Source of the DNA: Ptychomitrium polyphyllum | Taxonomy: Eukaryota | Assembly (NCBI GenBank): GCA_973851085.1 | Contig: OZ316775.1 | Location: 17,112,001-17,176,000, forward strand | DNA length: 64,000 nt | Reading direction: 5' to 3' | Shown here: piece after piece, positions 10,668 through 23,000 of the stretch | Numbering within the stretch: position 1 is the first letter of the stretch | Layout: each line of letters starts with the position of its first letter | Made by a program: the position numbers and the translations under genes | Notes under the pieces: model-generated | The model's database searches: none | Told to the model about the DNA's origin: nothing | What the model saw: the letters and a program-made list of their open reading frames with translations, nothing else

Positions 10668-13600
10668 GTAGGAACTGTGGGGCTGGATTTGCTTCCTTCA
10701 CAAAAAAAAAATATGATCATATTCTATCAGCGCTCTCTTCCTCTTGTTTTACTTTACCTGTTTGTTTGAAGGTTTAAAAGTTCAAAAGCTTTGCTCTCAT
10801 ATAATTAGGAGCCTCTGCTTGCTTTATTAACAAAGAATTTTTGAAAATCCATAAGTTTCCTTTTATTTGAAAACTTGAACCTGTCCATGTAGAAGTTGTA
10901 CATGGTTGACTGTTATCTTTTGGAGATGTTATTTATGAGACCAATAAATAACATTGAATAATCATAGTAGTTAAATAATATTTAATGTCATTAGGTCTTT
11001 GTCAAGTCTTATCGTTCTAGGGTTTTGTTGGCTCAAAAAGTACAACCCGTAGATAGATTGGACATCTTGCAAAATAGAATTTCCATCATTAGAAATTGTA
11101 ACTATTAAGCATACGGAAGAAGTTGAAGTATCTTATAAATTTAAGACCATAAAGCCTTTCTTTATTGGAACTAGAGCATTTATAAGAGCAACAAAGACAA
11201 GTGCTTCTTTTATATTGTTCTGCAATTCCAAAGTCCAAAGTTGTGGCTTCATCCTCAATCATTCCAAAAAAGTATAAGTTGTTCAATAATATATTTGAAA
11301 AGAAGAATGCAGACACCCTACCTAAACATTGTCCTTATAACTGTGCCATAAACCTCCAAGACGGCATCCAACCATCATTTGGACCTATCTACAATTTATT
11401 CCAGAACCAGCTTACATCACTGATAGAATATATTGATAAAAACTTAGCCAAGAACTTCATTCAACATTCAAACTTTCCGGATAGTGCTTTCATTTTTTTT
11501 GTAAAAAGAAAAAATGGGTCCTTACAAATGCGTGTTTATTACCCAGCCTCAACAAAATGACGATGAAGAACCGATATCCGTTGCTGCTGATATCTGGACT
11601 TCTTGATCAACTCAGCAAAGCAAAGATCTATATCAAAATAGACCTGTAAGGAGCCTACAATTTGGTGCACATCAAAAAAGGAGATGAATGGAAGACGGCT
11701 TTTTAAATAAGGTGTGGACATTTTGATTACAATGTCATGCCTTTTGAATGACATATTTTGGAAGTGCCTTGATGATTTTGTTGTACGTAATTCAAATGAT
11801 ATCTAAATCTATTCAAAGAATCCAAAGGAACATGAACAATATTTCCACATAGTCCTACAAAAGCTACAAGATACCGGTTTGTATGCCGAGTTGGAGAAAT
11901 GTGTATCCCACAAACCTCAGGTGAAATTCCTTGGATATATCATTTTCAACAAAAGACTATTGATGGATCCAATGAAGGTTGAAGCAACTAGCAATTGGAC
12001 AAAACCAAAATCAATACGTGATGTCCAATGTTTTTTTGGATTTGCAAACTTCTATAGGATTTTCATCAAGAACTATTCTCAAACAGCTGCACCACTTATG
12101 CAACTAATATGCAAAGAAAAGCTTATGTGGGAATCCAATGCTGAGGATGCATTCTAAAATTTGAAGCAAAGTTTTACCACAACTCCTATATTGTTTAATT
12201 TCAACTTTTCAAAGCAATATTCTCTTGAAATAGATGCTTCCAACTTTGCATTAGGAACAGTTTTGTCACAAATGGGAGGAGAAGAAAGATTCTACTCAAT
12301 TGCATTCCTTTGCAGAAAATTTTCAACTGCAAAAATCAATTATAAGATCCACAATAAAAAAAACTCCTTGCAATTGTGAATTCTTTTTAAAAATTGTATC
12401 ACTTGCTCAAAGGTGCTGTACATCCAATTTTTATATCTATAAACCACAAGAACTTGGAATGTTTCATGTCAGCTCGTATTTTGAATCGCCGCCAAGCTCG
12501 TTGGAATATGACTCTATCCCAATTTGATTTTTGCATTACATATTGATCCAGATTACAATAAGGGTTATCAGATGCTTTGTTAAGGCAATCATATCTTGCT
12601 CCAAAGAAGAAAAAGGCAGCTTACAATCAACAACAAACAATTTTGTTATATTCCAAATGATTTTGTGTATGCACAACCACCATTTTTGCTTTGGTGGATT
12701 CATCATTCATTGACCAGATTTGTGTGGTATCTACCAAGGACCCTCTTATTTTCAATATTAAACATTGTTGCAATAACCTCCTGAAAATGTGTCTAAATTA
12801 AAATTTAAAGACAACCTTGTTTATTTTGAAAAACGTCTATATATTCTTGAAGGACTAGTTTGTTTTGTGTACTTCAAATACGTCATGATTTTCTACTGGT
12901 TGGACAATTTGGATGCAACAAAACCTTGGAACTCCTCTCTTTTGACTTTTAGTGGCCCCAAAATGTAGGAGGCCAGAAGGAATTTGTACGCTCATATAAT
13001 ACTTGTTTTTGGTCAGAAAATCCTCAAAACCATCCATATGGACTTCTCCAATCACTACTTATTCCAAAGCAACCATGGTCATGTGTTTCAATGAATTACA
13101 TTACAGATCTTCTATTGTCAAATTTTTTGATACCATCTTTGTTGTGGTAGACTGGTTGACCAAGATGGCATATTTTGTACCTTGCAAAAAGACAATTACG
13201 CGTGAAGAGATTGCCACACTCTTCATGGATAATGTATACTGCTACCATAGATTACTTGATAATATTTTATCGGATTGTGAATCACAGTTTGTATCAAGGT
13301 TTTGGAAGTCGCTCTTTGAAATCCTTATGGTAGACATTAAACTTCTTTCTGCCTTTCATTTTCAAATGGATGGCCAAATAGAGCAAGTCAATAAGATCTT
13401 GGAATAATATTTGACGTGTACCATCAACTACCAACAAGATGATTGGACTTTTTGGTTAACATTAGGTGAATTTGCCTACAACAACACCACTCACGCTTCC
13501 ACCCAACAAACACCATTCTACTATAACCATCGACATCATCTACAAATGAATATATTACAGCCTCCATGATTTGAGAATCCAGCAATAGAGGAATTTGCCA

Positions 13601-16600
13601 CAAGGATGGTAGACCTTCAAATAACCATGAAGACTTAATTAGAAGAAGCTTGGGAACGATATAAAATGAGAGCAGATGGAATAAAAAAAGAACAAGTTTC
13701 ATTCTAAGTTGGTAAGAAGGTGTGGTTCCTTTGACGCAATATAAGGACCAATAGGCTATGTGATAAATTGGAGTGTCACAGATTGGGACCATTTGCAATC
13801 AAAAAACAAGTCAAGTATGTGGCATATTGTTTGAAACTACCACCATCAATGAAGGTACATCCCGTCTTTCAAGTTTCACTGTTGGAAATTTATAATGAAT
13901 CAAGTATCTTAAGACAAAGTCAGTTGTCATTACCTATAGTCGAAATCAACGATCATCATGAATTTGAAGTAGAAGAAATGCTTGATTTATGGATGAGACA
14001 TGGAAAGCTGGAATACTTGGTTCATTGGTGCGGATATGACATCAGTTAACATATATGGGAGCCAGCTAACAATCTTACTAATTCACAAGTAAAAGTTTGT
14101 AAGTTCCATTGACAACATCCATCCAAACCAATAGTAACAGCAAAAAGATCAGTGGCTCGGTAAGGTTGCGCAAGCTTGAAGGCTCTTTATGCTTGGACTT
14201 TTAAGTAGGGGAGAAAGCAATTCCTAGATTATAAGTTTCCAAAGCCCAAGACATGATATAGAATTTAGTGGCTTGTATTTTGAAGTTTGTCATAGTTTTT
14301 TGAGACTAGCTCGATATATCAGATGTGGACAGTCAAGCTGTAGATACCATGCCAGTGGTATTAACCCAACCAAATTCTTTCTCATTGACAACCTTTGTGA
14401 TGAAAAACAGATTGGACCAAGAAAACCTTGAAGAATACCTAACAATAAATTGTTGGTGATTGTTTTTGAAGTGGAGCCAGCGTATGAAGGTTATTAAGAA
14501 GCAATATTTGGAGGACATTTTCACAACAAAGATACCAAAGTTCATGCTTGGTTTCAAATAGAAAACGTTGGACACTATCACTGATTATAAGGATCCATGA
14601 ACCAGTTGAACCGTGAAAGGCAATTGGAGAATATTACAGACATCATGTGACAAATTTTTGACTTCTGACAACTTTGAGCACTTTTTGCAACATGCTCTTA
14701 AGAGACCTCGGAGCTAAAAGGGGAGGTGGTGTCACAAACATACATAATAAAAGCATGTAGAAAGATTCTTAGAAGGTTCAAAAAGCTTCTAAGGAAGTTA
14801 CTTTGGCTTAGGAAACTTCTAAAGAAGCAACTTAAGATTACTTGAGTACAAAGCAATGTAGTAGAATCTTCCCAAGAAGCTGCCAAAGCTTATAATTCAA
14901 GTATTTATAGGATTTGAGGCTAAAGAGATCTTCAATTTCAACAACGCATATCTTGTGGTCTAGCTTAGACCTTTTGGCCTTGTCTTTGTACTCTGTTGTA
15001 GCTCTTTGCCTCTAATATTGTTGAACATATCTTGCTCCACATCGTGGAATCCTAAAGCCTTATCTTGTAATTATGCTGTCCGTAACACCTAGGATACTTA
15101 TAATGAAGCTTCTTTTAAGGCTTGCAAATGTTCTAGAAGTCTTAGGAACATTCTCAAGAAATTTTTCAAGATGGTGGAACTTGAATTTTAATTGGAAATT
15201 TTTTTGAGGTGATAGAACCTTTTTAGGAAGTATCTCAAAGAGGTAGAACCTTCTTAAAAAGTTTTCCAAGATGGTAGAAATTTTCTAAGAAGTTTCCCAA
15301 GGTGGTGGAAATAGCTATGGAAACATTGAATGTCTTTTAATAAGCAATAAGAATATACCAAAAGGTTCTAGAAGGTTTTAAAGACTAAGTTGCATGATCT
15401 ATGATCTTCTTATTATTTCTTTATTTAATGATGAGTTGTCGCATCTTTGCAAATTCATAAACCTATTAGAGAAAAAAAACAACAAATTTTAATCGTTGTT
15501 CTTTGCCCATTGATTCAACTGGTCCTTGTAAGAAACGCTAATGACCACCAGCCAAGACTATTATTGTTGAAATGTCCCAGTCCAAGATTTAATTTTGATT
15601 AAGTCCTTCAAAACATCCTCCAAACAGGATCTCTGGTTTTCTAGGAGTAACTTTTCCAACTTCTAACAAGATGACTAGAGCTTGAGAATATAAATCAAAA
15701 CTGGAATGTGAAGGATGAATGGCCGATATTTTTGCAAAATGTTGCACTTGACAATGGAATGTCTCTCTCATATCTAGGCTTAGATCCTCTGGTATTGAAG
15801 GTTGAAAAAATTTAGTTGGTTCACTAAGTGTTGTTGTTGAAGAAGGCACGGCCGACTACTCTTCACGCACATCCATGATAATACAAAGATTTGACATACT
15901 AGCTAGGATTTAGAGATGATCCACTTTAAAAATAATACAACATACAACTAAAAGTTTGTATACATCTCTTCCCTCCTTATACTTAACTATGGAAAAATCT
16001 TCTCCGTGAAGCTAACGGCTATTAATAACACATCATTACTAACTTGATTTTTGAGGATGTTTTTGATAATGTTTGCATACCTTGTCAGATGCATTTGTTA
16101 CGTTCATTGAAAGTTCCAATATTTAGTCATTGATGCCATATCCTTGCTAATATATAGGGCATTCTTCATGTCCATTCTTGATGCATGAATCTAAGATTTC
16201 TTTGACTTCATACTCCATTTCAATATAAATTTCTATAGGATGAGGCAAAAATACAACCTTCTCTAATGTACAGGAACTTGTTATAGGTTTCTAACAAAGA
16301 TACATAGAATATTGGATGAATCTACATTGTAATTGGAGGTGACAATTGACTAGACTTATTTGTTTCTTGATTTCAAACGGTACAAGCCTGTTATGTTGTA
16401 GGAAACATACGCTATCTCCAAGCTTGAACTATAAATGGTCTTTTCAATGACGGTTTGTATAAGTTTTGTACCAATCTTCAGCTTGTTGTAACTGGAAAGC
16501 AAGTTCTTAGAGGATTTTAGTATATTGAATTACAATCCTTTGTTGTAGGACCTTCAACATGCTTCACTTGAAATGGATTTGCTCGAAGATGATGGCCATA

Positions 16601-17561
16601 GTTTACAAGACTGGACTTTGAATTGTTGAAGAATGCATTGTATTATTGTAAGCAACCTTTGCCAAAGGCAAGAGGCAATTTTCTGGTTGGTAGTTTATGT
16701 TGCAATAAAGGTACTATTCCAAAATTTGAATCACACATTTGGTATGACCATTGGTCTACGGATGGTGTGCTGAAGAAAGGTTGATCTTCACATACAAAGG
16801 TTAGAATAGAGCTATCAAAAAGTTGGAAATGAATTGCGTTCTTTGATTGGATATGTTATCATTTGGTAGTTCATATATGCGTTAATAGTAGTTTTGGAAT
16901 AACTTGGCAATTTCTTCTCCCGATGTTGTCTTAATGCATGGAATAAAATGCGCTATCATGGTAAATCAATCCACCACTATTAAAATAGAATCTTTAGAAT
17001 CAGAATTTGGAAGGTTTAAAATGAAATCCATTGCCAATAAAAACCATGGATCCTTTGGTACTAATAGCAAATGGAGGAAACCATGAGGTTGGTGTCTTGG
17101 TATTTTAGCCTTTGTGCAAGTGTTGCGTAATCAAACAAAGTCCTTCACGTATATCCACATTTGTAGCTACCAATAATCTCTAGCAATCAAATCCATTGTT
17201 TTATTAAATTAAAAATGCCCTGCTATTGGAAAATCATGATGTGCTTGAAAGATCTTCAATTGCAAAGGATATGAGAGTAGGTACAAAAGTCCTTTGTTAT
17301 ATAGTAGGCCCTCTTGGATTTCAAAGTCTTCATTGCTATTTGGAAGAATTTTATTCTCTTTGAAGTGCCTTTTCATATTTGAAACAAAAACATCATTCTT
17401 CAAAGCCTTCTGAATTTTGTTGAAATGGAATGTTATACTAAAAATCAGTGCTTTCAATTGAAGATTTTGTGGCTTCAATAAAATACACCTTTATTGATCC
17501 AAAACATCATCTCTAGGTTGAGGAGCTAAATAAGATCTTTGTGATGAGGCATCTAGCTTAT

Positions 17562-20053
17562 TGTAATATGTGTGATAGGTGATTCTTTTTATTGGCTCTT
17601 ATTTTGGTTAATTCGTGTCCATTGTCCAATTGATTAGCTTTTCAGTGGATAAATTGTCGCAACCCTTGCAATGCACCTTAGCAAGCGTCACGCGCGTCAA
17701 CCATGTACACCCCCACATGCACATGGTTAACCCCCATTCTCACTTTCCAAGTCTTTCTACCATTTTTCTTATGACACCCAATTTATTAGTAGCCAATGGT
17801 TAAGTGCGGACTTCCATTCATATCCAAGGCCTCACTTGGTGTTACTCCCATTCCACACGGCGTAACCGCATTTAGTGGTGTCTCCTCACCACTACTCATG
17901 ATGCCCAAGTGATCCTAAAATCACCCCGGCCGTCATGGTGCCGGCGTGAAGACACCACCCCAATTTAGTGATAACAAGCGTACCCTTTTGAACGTGCTAG
18001 TTCCCTTCGTGAAACCGGCCGTCCACCGGTTCACAATGGTGTGGGAGTCCCCGTGGTGAAGCCCCAACACTAGCTCCACCAACCGGGACTCACCCTTGGT
18101 CTCTACCGGGACACTAGGGGAGTGGAGAGGGGGACTAGCCCTCCCTTATAGTACTCTCTGTGGGATTTGGCAGGCCCCTTGGCTCTCTGGAGCTAGCTGA
18201 ACCCCGACACACCTAGAGTTTTGGAAGACCACCCGATCCCCCTTGGAACTTAGCCGCTGGAAGCCTCCGGGACTCCTAGCGGACCTTCAGGGCGCCATAT
18301 CTTCCTCATCCGGTGCCCAAATGTATCAAGCGACCACTCTATCGTCATCTACTCTTTGCGTAAATGCCGATAGACTCCTCAAACGTCCGCTTTGAGTTAG
18401 TATTGTGGGAGATACGCCTCTTCCAAGGTTCGGGACTCCCGGGGAGTCCCTCCCTGGACTGTTCCACTCCAACACAGTCACTGTGTAGGGCTGCCACACT
18501 GCAGAACAGCCCCTTGGCAACCTCAACTTTAAGGTGCCATAACTTTTAGCTCCCATGTCCGGTTTGGGCAATCCTTAGCATTCTAGAATCAGCTCTTCGT
18601 GATTCATCCAATGCCCCTAATCTTTCCCTTGTGGCCCTTGGTCTACATGGGCAAGGATGTTTCTCCCCCTAGGGGTCCTTCCCATGTTAGGCCCACTCGG
18701 TTCTCCTCACTATCGGCGCCACAAGTCCCGGACGTCACTTTGGGGACCCCCTTGGCCCTTAGTGTTGCGGGCACTCCTTAGGGCAAGGTGCGCGACATAA
18801 ATAGTAGTGATTAGGCAGTTATTAACCAAGTAGACGAAGAATCATAGTCAAATGGATGAAGTGGTAGATGGAAGAGGTGTTGATGAAAAAGTGCAATCTG
18901 TAAGAGAGGTACAAGTTTTAGTCTTCTACCAATTAGGATTTAGTCTTCAAGTTTGTGATGTTGGAGCTCCTTCTCGTGAGCGGAAGTTTGATGCACTATA
19001 GTGCTTTGTAATTGATTGGAGACTTTTTTTATTAATTGAGGAAGATTGTTGGAAAATTGTCAAAACCTATAAATATTGAATTTTAATAAAAATATGTATA
19101 CTTTGGAAACTATTATGCAAGTAATTGTGTGTGTTGGAATAAAATTCAATGTTATTAATTGAGAGAATCAAAAAGTGGATGATTTTATGAATATTATGGA
19201 GGATGAGAAGTTATTGATGTGGTTGTTGTATTGTACGTAACACGTGCTGAATATTGTGCATATGACAAAAGAAACTTGATTGGAAAAAGTTGTATATGTG
19301 TGTGAGTTGGTGAATTATTGGAAGTAATTACTAATTGATAAAATAAAATAGAAATAACGCAGTTTTGGGCATATATATTACCAATTGGGACGTGCAATCA
19401 AATCAATGACGAATTGAGAGAAGTTTACAGCCCATTGATATTGCTGTGTTGATGTGACTATAGTTTGGTCACGGTGGTGTTACAAATTTCCCATTGGTTA
19501 TTGGTGCTATTAAACTTGGTAAATGGAGTAATTGATTGATAAATTGATTAGTGAAATAAATCAAAGATTATAGATTACAACACTTAATCAATTTATCGGA
19601 CAAAGTGTCATTAGAAAATTGAGACTCCGGTGCAAGCCAATCAAGGAATTTCAATAGGAGAAGCAGTAATTGAGGTAATTAATTACTGGCAAGCTAAATT
19701 TGAGGTTGAAGATTGTGCGACTAAAGGAGCTTCATAACTTAGATATAGCCGTGGAATATAATCTGGAAGAATATTATGACAATGGCAAATCATGCAAGGA
19801 AGGATTATTACGTAAAGAAGTATAGAAAATTTGCCAGTTTAGATGAATCAATTGATGCCAATTAATCATAAAATGCTAAATTTTGACATAAGTATTAAGT
19901 TCTAGAGAGCTAAGTGATATATTGTTATACTTCCAATTGAGTTTAGAATACCAATAGTGACTCCTTTTACTAAATACTTATAGGTCCACCTCCCAGCAAA
20001 CAAACTTAACTCTATTGTGTAAACTCCAACTTGATTAAAAATACTATTGAACA
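17562..20053. mobile_element. Element E: about 1.35-kb TGT...ACA insertion, probably a solo LTR of another family, interrupting pol of element D
   Basis: Pol of D reads ...LQGK up to 20054 and resumes KLDASSQRSYLAP at 17560; TSD CTTAT/CTTAC; no coding domains inside. Confidence 0.75.
17655..18797 (-). mobile_element. Solo LTR of family B, reverse orientation, nested in element E
   Basis: Reverse complement of 8763-9909; perfect TSD TAAAT at 17650-17654 and 18798-18802. Confidence 0.93.
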
Positions 20054-23000
20054 CTTACCTTGTAGGCTATTAGATTGATAGATAATGACAAAGTCAAATA
20101 TAAAAAGCAACATACTCCACCTTGCTTGACAACAATTCAGAATAGGCACACTCATGAAATACTCTAAGTTCTTGTGGTATGTGTATATCATGATAGTATA
20201 TTGAGCTCTTTCTAACATGTACCATCATTTATAAAACGCATCTACAACTGCAAGTAACTCCTTATCATGTATATCATAGTTAATCTTTGCTATTGAGAAT
20301 TTTTTTGAACAAAAGGCAATAGAGTGGAGTCTTCTGTCTTTATTATATTGTGAGAATACTGAGCCAAGCACAAAATTTTACACATCCGCTTCCAAATAAA
20401 AAGGCTTTGACAAATTTGGATGAATAAGGATCAGAGCCGACGTAAATGACTTTTTAAAACCTTGAAATGCTCTTTAAGCCTATTCTTTCTATGTGGACTT
20501 TTGCTTCCCAGTAAGTCGTATTAATGATACTCTAATCTTAAAATAATCTTTGAGGAATATTCAATAGAAATTTGCAAATTCCAATAACCATTAAACATCC
20601 TAAATTGATATTGGCGTACTCCACTCCATGACAATGCTTATTTTATTTTCATCCATATAAATTCTTCCTTTAGAGATGATGTATCTCAAAACTTCAACTG
20701 AGGATTTATCGAAAAAGCACTTTTCCAATTTGGCATATAATCCCTATTTGTGTATTTTATCTAAGACCAATTGCGTATAATATTTGTATTCTTGTTCATC
20801 CTTTAAATACATCAAATGTCATTCAAATAAATGACTACAAAACCATCCAAGTGTTCATGAAAAATATCATTCATCATGTGTTGAAAGGCTGCAAAAGCAT
20901 TAGTAAGGCCAAAAGCCATAACATTGTATTCAAAATGGCCATATCTAGATTGAAAGGATGTCTTCCATTTGTCTCCTTCTTTAATGGATACAAGATTGTA
21001 GGCACCTCTAAGATCAATTTTGATGAATATTTTTGCTTGGCCAAGTTACTGTGGGAGTTTTGAGATTACTGGTTATGGATATCAATTCTTCTTGGTCACT
21101 TTATTAAGGTCTTGATAGTCCACGCACATATGTAATGATCCATTCTTCTTCTTTACAAATAGAATGAGTGTTCTAATAGGTGATTTAGAGTGTTGAATGA
21201 AGCCATTTCCAAGGTTTTCATTAGTATATTCTTTCAAAGTAGCCAATTTAGTTTGTGATAGGTTATAAATAGGTCTAAAAGGTGGTTAGGCTCTTTCTTG
21301 CAACTCAATGGCATAATCGTAAGGCCAATGCTTTGGTAATATGTGCACATTCTTCTTCTCAAAAATGTCTTTATAATCTTGATATTAATGAGGTATACCT
21401 TGATTAGTCTCTAGTATAGATCTAGACATTGGCGTAATATAAACAGCATAGATTGGTTTATCCTTTGCCATTTTTATAAATGTTTTAGCTTTAATAAATG
21501 ATGGTCTAAGATTTCTTGTATTTTAATGTCTTTTCTTTTAGACCACACTTTGTGAGTGCCAATCAATGTCTAAATTATGTTATTCAAACCAAAGAAAATC
21601 CAAAACGATTGGGTTTGTTTGACATTGAATGATGTTGAAGACAATCTTAGATGCTTGGTCTCCTAAAACAACCTCTAAGAGTTGAGTTTCTTCAATAACA
21701 TTGTTAGATCAAGAGATCGTCCATTGATAATTTCAACAGGTGCACGATGTTTTTTATTCACAAGCGTTATGTGGTGTTTCAATGCAAAATCTTTATCTAT
21801 GAAGCATGCCGTTGCATTAATGTCCAAAAGAGCTTCAAAAAAATATTTCACCATCTTACAATTTTATTTTGATAGGAAATATAAAGCAAGAAGTAGGAGT
21901 TGAAGGTAATAAGGAACTTTGATTTGATAATTGTTTCTTTGTAGTGTCCAAGCACATAGTTGCTATTATGATTAGACAGTTTCATTTTTCAACTCCACCA
22001 TTGTGCTTTGAGCCTTGAAAGCAGATTCCTTGATTTTGGCAATTATGCACTTTATGTCCAAACTTGCCACAATACAAACATGGATTTCTTCTTCAAAGCT
22101 TTCCTCTTTTTTTGGAAGTCAACCATCTAAATTATGCTACATCAATTTGCATAGGTTCTAGTTCTTGTAGTCGACTTTCCAATACTTTTGAAGAAGTGGG
22201 TGCCATACTTTGATGTATCAATCTCCATCCCAAGCATTATTCTTGACGCCTATCAAATAGTCCATTATCACATGCTATTGCTTGAATAATGAATATGTCC
22301 AACATATCAACCTTTGGCATTGTGAGTAGCAAATCCTTCAAAATGTCTCTCATACTCTATTGGAATCCTGTAACCAAGGCCTTAGCATTCCAATCAAAGT
22401 TGCATACTAGTTGTCTAAACTCTGCAATGTATATAATAGCCAAGCGCTATCTTTGTTGTAGAATCTGGATCCTTGTTTCAGCCACCTTCTCTTGGTCAGT
22501 ATCTCTAAAGATAGATGTAAATGCTTCCATAAAAGCATCTAAATTGTTCAATAATAGTGATTGCTTCTTCATTAATAGTACAAACCATAATAGTGCATTG
22601 TTTGATAGAAGACTGGGTACAAACTCCACTTGAATAATGCCACCAAAATAGCAAAATTGATGCAAATTGAAAAAGAGCCTTGTTTGTTGAATAAAGCTTG
22701 TCAACCTTGATTTTAATCCATCAGACTTGTCTAACATACTAATCTTTGGTTTTATATGGATTTGACAAAATAATTTTCTCCCAATATTGGCCTCTTGCAA
22801 TTGAACAATTTATTAATATAAACTTTGAATATTGCCATTTGATTCTTTAACTTAGTTAGTATGTTGCTCTAAATTTTTGGTGATATTAGAGCGAGCAAGT
22901 TTTATTCAAATTGTGTTTAATAATTCTTGAAGGTTTGCAATAGTTGCAAATCTATTCTCTAATATTCTAGGCACGTTATCCATTACTTTAAATTGCCAAA

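Larger units (their letters stand above)
7309..15087 (+). mobile_element. Element A: degenerate full-length gypsy chromovirus inserted in the 3' LTR of element D. LTRs 7309-7668 and about 14730-15087
   Basis: Matching LTRs TGTCAC...TAACA; PPT AAAAGGGGAGGTGG before the 3' LTR; degenerate TSD CTTAT/CCTAG (uninterrupted host LTR reads CTTAG). Gag about 7.9-8.75 kb, RT (ORFs 11201-12157), RNase H (EIDASNFALG), integrase (VVVDWLTKMAYF), GPF motif and chromodomain (EFEVEEMLD...YLVHWCGY, ORF 13768-14049). Confidence 0.92.
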
